A stretch of DNA of 14,107 nt from Candidatus Hodarchaeota archaeon (GTDB lineage Archaea; Asgardarchaeota; Heimdallarchaeia; Hodarchaeales; Hodarchaeaceae): assembly GCA_029856365.1 (NCBI GenBank), contig JAHQWW010000096.1, positions 1-14,107 on the forward strand, read 5' to 3'. A program made the translations under genes and the position numbers. This document shows, piece after piece, positions 1 to 8,100 of this stretch. Numbering within the stretch: position 1 is the stretch's first letter; each line of letters starts with the position of its first letter. Under the pieces are notes generated by a model, which had not been told where the DNA came from, searched no databases, and worked only from the letters and a program-made list of their open reading frames with translations.

Positions 1-3000
1 AGATCTGTATAAATCGAAGGATGGTCATCACCAATAACGAATAGTCCCCCACCGTTCTTCACAAAGGTTTGAATTGCTTTAATTTCGCTGGAATGGAAAG
101 CGAACCGTGCTTGGGGAATAATTAGAATATCATAACCTTCAAGTAGCGATAAGGTTAAGCTGGAGGTTGTCAAGTCTACTATATGTCCAGTAGTAATAAG
201 AGAGCTAGTCCATATACTGTAATTTAAAATTGAGTCTGTTCCATGACCTTGATCGATTAAAATGTGGAAATTTATGAAAACCACTACAGTGTTTATGGCA
301 AGATTGTTCTTCACATAAGTTTCTTCAATCACAGGTAAAGCATAAACAGTAATATTAAAATTTCCAAACTCAGTTGGGATCCAAATGTAGTTTAAAGTCT
401 CAATAGCTCCTGTTTGGAGAGAGGGATAAGTTTGGTTACTCACAAGGGTACCATCAATCCAAAGTTGTAATTCAACATGATTCTCAGTACTTATTCCCCT
501 ATTTTGGACCGTCGCATTAAGTATTACCATTTCATTTAATTGAAAAGCTTTTGGTGACTCTAAAGAGACTGCTAGATCATGATGTGGAGGTTGCCAAATT
601 ACCATATTTGTGTCCACCATATAAATTTCAGATCCATTCATATTATAATATAACAAAATACCTTTTCCCTTATGGTAATAGACGTAATCTCTGTATAGTC
701 CAATACTAATATTCCATGCTTCTAAGATGTAACCATACCAGTTATACCACACTGTTCCGACAACAGTTCCAGTCGTATCAAACCAATTAATGGTATCTCC
801 AACCCCAATATCGGTTTCAATTTGTCCAATATAATATGATCCCACCCAAATGCTTCCATCTTCAATTAATCTGGAGATAGTATTGACTGACAACCAATTA
901 CCAGCATTTATATCCACAAAAACATGAACCGAGTCAATATAATCAATGTACGTGAAATTGGTCCATGTCACCCCTTCAATTTCCAAGTCAATATAACTTC
1001 CCATATTGAAGTTTATGATGGGTTTCCCTACTGTTATTATCTCTATTATACGATTGTTTTTCACATATGTTTCATTGATTATGGGCACCGTGTAAGCTTT
1101 AACGTCATATATTCCTATTTCAGTGGGCATCCAGTAGTAGTTTAGCGTCTCAGTATTGCCTGATAAAAGAGAGGGATATATTTTGTTCATAACCAAAGTA
1201 TCATTAATCCAAAGTTGAAACTCCACATTGGTCTCGTTCTTCAAACCTCGATTAGATACTGTTGCGTTTAAAGTTACAGAATCGCCATAACAAATAATTG
1301 AAGGGACTTCAAGATAAGTGACTAGTTCATGGTCAGGTTTAACATAAGAAAACAGAATAGCCAAATCATTCGATGAACTAGTGAGTCCATAATAAATATT
1401 GTAATAATTTTGATTAAGGCCATAATTAAGACCTACAGTGGGATCCCCAATAGTTTCAATATAATCATATTGAAAAACAATCTCTCCAGTCTCATAGAGA
1501 ATTACTTGGAAGCTCCCTGCACGCCCTTCAGAGCCAAAATGATCTATTTTATGATATTCAATAATCAATCTATTCGGATTGGTGAGTGTTAAAGTAAAAA
1601 TGTTGTTAGAGGGGTTAAGATCATCCCAGAAGAGAGCAATAGCATAATAGTAATCAGAGCTGGCAGATGGAAACTCAGAATTTGCTTCAGATAGGGGTTC
1701 AGAGTTATTAAACGAAAGCCAACCGTTACTACTTACGTAAACGACTGAAAATGCTTGACCATACATATGGAACAGGAAAGGCAATTCTACAGCTTCAGAA
1801 TCATCATCATCGAGAGGGAGAATGGCTCCGCTTGTGGCATCAATCCAATTGTAAGTGATTCTATCATCCATTTTATAATTATAAATATCGGGTACTTGAA
1901 CTAATTTAGTTGCATTATTATTTAAAATGATGGATTCACTGGGTACTGGAACAACGTACACTGTAATATTGTAAAAGCCTGGGATAGTTGGTGTCCATTG
2001 ATGGATAAAGATCTCTTTGGTTCTTGTAAGAATTGAAGAAAAAAGATGACTCGCCACTAGTGTTTCATTAATCATTAATTGTAATAGGATCTCAGTTTCA
2101 TTTTCTAATCCCCGATTATAGAGTATTGTATATAACTCACCTGTCTCATCTGGTGGTTGAGTTTTCGGAGTCTTCAAATATACTGCTAAATCATGTTCAG
2201 GGAGTTGATCATTGGGTAAAGATAGAATATTAGCAAACATTATTTCATTATCTTGACGTGTAATGTATTGATCAAAATCATCAGCTAATATACATAATAA
2301 TCCAGAACCAACCTCAACAACTGCACCATAAATACCCTCACAAGTAGAGTCCCAAAAAATAGGTAGTGCTGGACAAGTAACCTCGAGGGCATTGTAATGA
2401 CTCGGAATGTAAATAGAAGTAATATTTTCCATTAATGGGTGGAATAAATCGATAAATGTCGTTGGGCCACTACTACCTATCGAGGAACCAGTGAAAGTTA
2501 TTCCGTAGTTAGCAGCAATCTGTGTTGGGCCATCTGGGGGAGGACTATCACCAATTGCCACAAGAACCCCCCCATTTTGCATATAATCTTCTATAGCGGT
2601 TATTTCACTGGCAGTCCAATCTTCTCCACCTTCTCCAACGAGTATTACTGGATAATTAAGTATTAAATCCGCTGTAATAGGTGAACTAATTTCTTTGACA
2701 AAATAATCCAATTCATTCATGTAAAAAGTCTTTAGACCTTGTAGGGGGCGTTCTCCATGGCTAGAGAGATATGCAATCATTTTAGATGTTGTAATTACTT
2801 CTTTATAAGCAAGATTATCAAGAGTACTATTTTCATCTTCAATAGGTGGTATAAATGCAGTTACATTATACACTCCTTCCTCAATTGGTTTCCAATCATA
2901 AGAGAATGAAACACTTGTCCAATTTACTATTTTTGCAAAAGTAACATCGTGCGCAATAGAATCGTTTATCCACAATTCTACATTCACATTTGTCTCATTT

Positions 3001-4643
3001 TCCCGACCACCATTAAATACTGATACATTAACCAATGTTGAAGTTCCTGGAAACATCCCTGAAGGAGCTTCTAAGAAAATTTTTAGGTTATGCGATGGAG
3101 GAGGTTGTACTGCTTTGTAAGCATTCAAAAGGCCATATCCATAATACTGATCCCATCCAGGTACTCCTAAATCATCAGTTCTATCCCTTAGATGTGATCG
3201 AACTTGTTCTGCTGTCCAATTTGGAAATTCAGATCGAATTAATGCTAATACACCTGATACATGCGGACATGCCATTGATGTACCACTCTTATTACCATAG
3301 CTCCCCGAGAGAATTGTTGAATAAATATTAACACCAGGTGCAGCGATCTCTATGGTATCCCCAAAGTTACTAAAGGAAGCTAAATTATCAATAATATCGG
3401 TTGCGCTAACGGATATAACTTCAGGATAAGCAGAGGGGTAGAAAGGTCTCGAACTTGCATCATTACCAGCTGCAGCTACTGTAATAACATCATTCGCAGC
3501 AGCATAAGCAAGAGCATCTTTTAAGACATTTGATGGGCTATTTCCACCCCAACTATTTGAAAGAATATCAGCTCCTGCGTCAACAGCATGAATTATAGCT
3601 TTAGCAGCATCATAATCATTTCCAATTCCAAAGACATTAAGAAATTTTTCAGCCATAATTTGTACATTAGCTGTTCCAGCAATACCTAAGCTATTATTGA
3701 TTGTTGCTGCTATTATTCCTGCGCAATGTGTTCCATGAGAATGGTCATCCTTTGGGTCATTATCGTAATTCACCCAATCATAGCCTAGATCTACATATTG
3801 AGCACTAAGATCAGGGTGAGTATAGTCAATCCCAGTATCAATTACTGCAACAAGAACTGATGACGGATCCCCTTTTTGAATATCCCATGCAAAATCAGTT
3901 TTAATTCGTTGGGGGCCCCATTGTACGGACCAATTTGGATCATTTGGAGTTGAATCAATTGAATAAATCAAGCTTGGTTCTATATACCGAATTTCTTTTA
4001 AAGAAGCCGATAATTCAATGAAATCTCTTAATGAAGAGATAGGAATGCTCATTACCATAACATTTAGTTTTTCAATGACTTTTTCGATTTTATAATTAGT
4101 TTGAAACAAGTCATATTGAGTATTTTCATTAATATTCAGTGAGTGATTAAACCCGACAATGACCTTGATATTTTCATCGCTTATCTTTATTTTTGAATCA
4201 GCGGACGATTCAAAATAGGGAGTATCCTTGAAATTGGTTCCAATTCCACAATTTTGATAGATTTCATCCCATGTTGAGATGACTAGATCGTCTGATGCTT
4301 CATGAAAGGAGCTCCAATTTACCTTATTTTCCCCAGAAATACTTTCACTTCTATATCCTTCAAATTTATGTTCATTTATGCTATTAAAAATAGATTTATT
4401 ACTAGTTAATGAGGGGTCATTACTGTCATAATATCCTTCTTCAGTATGATTTAACTCAAATATTTCCTTGTTGATATATTGATCATTTACTAATGAATCG
4501 ATAGCTACAACTGCTGAGTCCAAATAATCATCAGGACTCAAAGTGGGTTCTTTAAATAAGGATACTACCAAAATAAGAGTTAACGTTGTTAGGACTAAAT
4601 ATTTTCTAATTAAATAAAAGGAATTGTTAAAATGGTACACCAA
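1..4643 (-). CDS. Large secreted multidomain S8 (subtilisin/thermitase-like) serine protease, 3'-partial (>1540 aa)
   Basis: Manual minus-strand translation gives one open frame from TTG 4643 (or GTG 4640; GGAG 9 nt upstream of the TTG) to the window edge with no stop, which probably explains its absence from the ORF track. It has a signal/anchor (RKYLVLTTLTLILVVSLF), an I9-like propeptide (KVIVGF...IRYIEPS) and a mature start like thermitase (TPNDPNWSVQWGPQRI..AWD). Catalytic motifs: VAVIDTGID (Asp 3837-3839), HGTHCAG (His 3735-3737), oxyanion AAAGN, GTSMACPHV (Ser 3276-3278). CARDB-like, GIFT-like and NIDO-like modules follow. Confidence 0.95.
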   Translation of the reverse strand, partial: MVYHFNNSFYLIRKYLVLTTLTLILVVSLFKEPTLSPDDYLDSAVVAIDSLVNDQYINKEIFELNHTEEGYYDSNDPSLTSNKSIFNSINEHKFEGYRSESISGENKVNWSSFHEASDDLVISTWDEIYQNCGIGTNFKDTPYFESSADSKIKISDENIKVIVGFNHSLNINENTQYDLFQTNYKIEKVIEKLNVMVMSIPISSLRDFIELSASLKEIRYIEPSLIYSIDSTPNDPNWSVQWGPQRIKTDFAWDIQKGDPSSVLVAVIDTGIDYTHPDLSAQYVDLGYDWVNYDNDPKDDHSHGTHCAGIIAATINNSLGIAGTANVQIMAEKFLNVFGIGNDYDAAKAIIHAVDAGADILSNSWGGNSPSNVLKDALAYAAANDVITVAAAGNDASSRPFYPSAYPEVISVSATDIIDNLASFSNFGDTIEIAAPGVNIYSTILSGSYGNKSGTSMACPHVSGVLALIRSEFPNWTAEQVRSHLRDRTDDLGVPGWDQYYGYGLLNAYKAVQPPPSHNLKIFLEAPSGMFPGTSTLVNVSVFNGGRENETNVNVELWINDSIAHDVTFAKIVNWTSVSFSYDWKPIEEGVYNVTAFIPPIEDENSTLDNLAYKEVITTSKMIAYLSSHGERPLQGLKTFYMNELDYFVKEISSPITADLILNYPVILVGEGGEDWTASEITAIEDYMQNGGVLVAIGDSPPPDGPTQIAANYGITFTGSSIGSSGPTTFIDLFHPLMENITSIYIPSHYNALEVTCPALPIFWDSTCEGIYGAVVEVGSGLLCILADDFDQYITRQDNEIMFANILSLPNDQLPEHDLAVYLKTPKTQPPDETGELYTILYNRGLENETEILLQLMINETLVASHLFSSILTRTKEIFIHQWTPTIPGFYNITVYVVPVPSESIILNNNATKLVQVPDIYNYKMDDRITYNWIDATSGAILPLDDDDSEAVELPFLFHMYGQAFSVVYVSSNGWLSFNNSEPLSEANSEFPSASSDYYYAIALFWDDLNPSNNIFTLTLTNPNRLIIEYHKIDHFGSEGRAGSFQVILYETGEIVFQYDYIETIGDPTVGLNYGLNQNYYNIYYGLTSSSNDLAILFSYVKPDHELVTYLEVPSIICYGDSVTLNATVSNRGLKNETNVEFQLWINDTLVMNKIYPSLLSGNTETLNYYWMPTEIGIYDVKAYTVPIINETYVKNNRIIEIITVGKPIINFNMGSYIDLEIEGVTWTNFTYIDYIDSVHVFVDINAGNWLSVNTISRLIEDGSIWVGSYYIGQIETDIGVGDTINWFDTTGTVVGTVWYNWYGYILEAWNISIGLYRDYVYYHKGKGILLYYNMNGSEIYMVDTNMVIWQPPHHDLAVSLESPKAFQLNEMVILNATVQNRGISTENHVELQLWIDGTLVSNQTYPSLQTGAIETLNYIWIPTEFGNFNITVYALPVIEETYVKNNLAINTVVVFINFHILIDQGHGTDSILNYSIWTSSLITTGHIVDLTTSSLTLSLLEGYDILIIPQARFAFHSSEIKAIQTFVKNGGGLFVIGDDHPSIYTD
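277..3092 (-). repeat. Four dispersed ~100-aa CARDB/Ig-like repeats within the S8 protease (~3092-2790, ~2195-1890, ~1331-1027, ~581-277)
   Basis: Shared approximate consensus H-[NDE]-L-x(3)-L-[EK]-x-P ... N-[RG]-G-x(2)-[NT]-E ... L-[WM]-I-[ND] ... W-x-P-x(3)-G-x-[YF]-[ND]-[IV] ... P ... E ... N. Repeats 3 and 4 are the most alike: NATVSNRG..QLWINDTLV..YPSL..ETLNY..ETYVKNN vs NATVQNRG..QLWIDGTLV..YPSL..ETLNY..ETYVKNN. Confidence 0.85.
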
Positions 4644-4874
4644 CCCTGTTTTCTCCGCCAACCAAGCTCTAACGGTTGTGTATTGTGCATTTATTAATTT
4701 TAATAATTTAAATAGCTCGATAATTATGAATATTTTGAATATTGTTTCCAAATTGATTCAACTAGAATTCGAAGGAAGTTTTTCTAAATCAAATTTTGAT
4801 CACTTAGCTTAATAATGAAGGTAATAGTTTTTCTTGATTAAGAGTTTTTACATGTATAAAATTTGAATGATCTC

Positions 4875-5132
4875 ATGATTGGTCTCAAACGCGGAATAGT
4901 GACGCTTTCTCTCATCCACAGTAAAATAGTAACAAGTTCATTCATACCACTGAAGACAATAATTGGTCAATATCTTCTAGATATCCAACATATTGGTAGT
5001 ACAGCTATCACTGATATGATAGCAAAACCAATTATTGATATTGTTGTGGCTATACATAATTTTAGAGGCTTTTATTTGTATAGAATCTATCAAAAGGCTA
5101 ATGTGCGAAAAAGGAGTAATCAGTTCAAGTAA
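4875..5132 (+). pseudogene. Truncated, frameshifted GrpB/UPF0157-family nucleotidyltransferase-fold gene remnant
   Basis: MIGLKRGIV and IQHIGSTAI..MIAKPIIDIVV match the GrpB N-terminal signature (HIGSTS.PG..AKPIIDI). The usual 'Y.P.W...F..E' helix is shortened or absent. After HNF (~5064) the plausible continuation EAFICIESIKRL lies in the +1 frame (5065-5100). The C-terminal half of a typical GrpB protein is missing. Confidence 0.8.
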
Positions 5133-5185
5133 ATAGGGCCAAGGGTAATAGAAAAGTAAAAATGCTTTAGATTAACTCTGGGAGG

Positions 5186-8100
5186 CTATGATATTAGTTT
5201 TTTCTGCTCTTCTTGTGTAAGTTCAATCAAGAGGTTCCAATTAATCGTTTTTTCTAAAAATTCAATTGCTTCGCTTCGTTTATATTTTCTCTCTAGATGG
5301 GAAATAATTTGTTCTGAAAATAAGTAACAGAGACCATTTTTTTGAAGATGAATTTCTTTAATTAATGATAACATTTTTTTATCTTTTCTCGACAATTTGA
5401 TGTTTTTTAAGGTTAATATCCCCTCATTTAGGGCAAACGCGGAAAAGTAATGCAACGAAATATGTTTTCGAACCATTTTCCTAATAATAGAGGAAGGAAA
5501 CTGTTCTGTTGTGAATATATCCTTTAATTGATCTTTGAAAGTTTCCTCCAATTCATGCCCTAATGCTGTCAATCGTTCTTTGAAATATTCTGGGAGTTGT
5601 GCTTCAGAAATGATAATTATACTGGAATATTTACCATTCCAAATTAACATATAAAAACCTTCACGGCTTATAGTTTCGATACTTTTCTTTGATGTACCTT
5701 CTTCACCTCTGGTTTGCATATTCCCAGCTACATCCCCAATGAAGCTAGATATTGCTGTAGACATTCCTGATAATGCATCTGGGTCAGTTTGAAATTCTGA
5801 TAAAGTTTTCTCCACATAAAATTGCAATCCTGACTCATGTCGGGCGAGAATCAATCGAATCGATTTTATATCCTCAAAACTTTGTTCTACTGCCGTGTCA
5901 TGCTTTTGGATAAGAGTTTTACGCGTTTCCCTTTTCCTTTGGATAAATTGAATTGAAGCTCCTATAGCTAAACCCCCAAATAGAAGAACAGCAACAACCA
6001 TTAGTACAAATCCTATAATTTGAAAGATATCTATAGCTGGAGAGAGTATTCTAATTGTTTCTAACTCAGATGAGGGTATAGAATAACTAGATTGCAAGCT
6101 TGACAATCCTGCCCCTGATTGAATTGTTACGTTCGTGAAACCTAATGCTGCTTTTGTATTGTGTCCATCAATTATAAACACCGCTTTTCCTGATTCATCC
6201 GTTTGTGTTATGTGGTTTAAGATCTTTATCGTGCCATTCTTGTACTCAATTCCGATAGAGAACGAGATATTTATCCCTGCAAGAGGGGTTTGTTGATTTA
6301 CTCCTGCTCCAAATCCCTGTTGATAATCTGTTTGATATCTAAGTGTTACAATAAATTTCACATCCTCTCCCTCTTGAATATTTTTCCCAGGTTCAATATC
6401 AACTGATATTTCTATTGGAATACCTTTCAATGTAATATTTAGCTGAATCTCTTGTGCTTGATATCCAAAGGCAGAAATTTGAATACTCATATTATATGAT
6501 CCAAATTTCCAACCTACCGTGTGAAAAATGATTTTAAAAGGTGTTTGCTCTATCTCCATTGTATAGGTGCTGGATGGCACAGAAGAACTATTCAGCCATA
6601 ATTCTATTGTATCAAGGTGTGTGATCTCAATTCCATGGTAAGTATGATAGGTATCAATAGTGATCTCAAGATCTTCTTCAATTTGAATTATACCGTTATT
6701 CGTCATGTGAACTTCTGCTAATGAGACATTTGCTGTTGGCATTTCAATAACGTCAAAAATTAGTATAGTGCTACTGGACTCAAATTCAGAATGAGAAAAT
6801 GTGATGCTGACTGCCTGAAATCCAAGCTGAAGATTAGAAGAGTCAAATCTGAACCAATAGTAATTATTTGTAGAATTAATGAACGTTACTATTGATGTAG
6901 CATTTACATTGGGAGACCCACCAGTAATAAGCTCATTATAATCTGTATTGTTTAATAATAAGAAGAATTCGCTGGAATCAGTAAAAAAGATATTTTCTGG
7001 GGTGTCCAGGTTAGAAACGATTGATGTTGATGCTTTCAGAATTTCTAACTGAAAAACAAAATAACTAGAAGTATAATATTGTTGATCAAATTCAATACAA
7101 ATATTATATACTCCTGATTGTTCTGGATCGAAAATATAACTCCACGAAAAATTAGATTCTTGGTGTGGATCATTCAATAGGGGAACTGGCGAATCAATAA
7201 AGGGTTCACTTGTGTTGAGTAGCTCACCATTGATAACATGGTAAATTTGAACATTTAAAGTAAAGCTATCGCTAGATCCTTGGGATAACTTTGTGGAATA
7301 TCTTCCACTATTATTTTGAATTGGGGTCGTTCCAATGTTCGCTGTAAGATTTGTGTGAGCAGAAATTATGGTTAAATTGAAGTACCACTTTCGAGTATGG
7401 AAACCAACTTTATTTGCTTTAATGACAACGTCTGTATAATTTCCTGTCCCTGGAAATTGAGTAGAGTTTAGCTGAATGAAATAAACATCGGTTGATTTTG
7501 TAATGTTCACACCTGCCACCGTAATAGTAGCCCCATCTATGCCTGTTCCACCAGTTATATTGTACTCAACTCTAAGAGTGGTATCATCACACCATTCCAA
7601 TACCACACTGGTAGCATTGACAATCAATGATGAGTTTTTAACAAAGTTGACATTAATGACTTTTGTCCAATTAACAAACCAAGCCACATGAGTGGTTATG
7701 GTGACAGTGCCTGTTGTACCTGGTATTTGATCTTTAGTTGTAAAAGAGGCATTATAAGAGTGGTCTGTGGGAATTTGGTTCATTTTTACATCAGTAGCAG
7801 TCGTCCAATTAGCATCACACCAGATCAGAGCATTTCTTACATCTGTATCATTATGAATGGATTTGTAAACCGCGGTGATATTTAAAAAATTGTCAACGAT
7901 CACCTCGGTGTCAAATTGGATATTAAATGAAGTATTTACTAATAAATCTATAGTACGAGTGAATGTTCCAACTTTAACCTTATCTAGGCTAATCCAGAAT
8001 ACTTGTAGATCATATGTACCATTAATATTCCTTGTTTGATCCAATGTGTCGTTTATATCCCACGAATCTGATACTAGTGTATTATTATAACTGATATTCA

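Noticed and set aside
924-3331. Plus-strand ORFs 924-1145, 1410-1592 and 3035-3331 from the track
   Set aside because: They are short, motif-less antisense shadows of the long minus-strand S8 protease ORF.
4624-4812. 62-aa plus-strand ORF
   Set aside because: It overlaps the protease start and AT-rich promoter region, has a TTG start and low-complexity N/I/L composition, and shows no motif.
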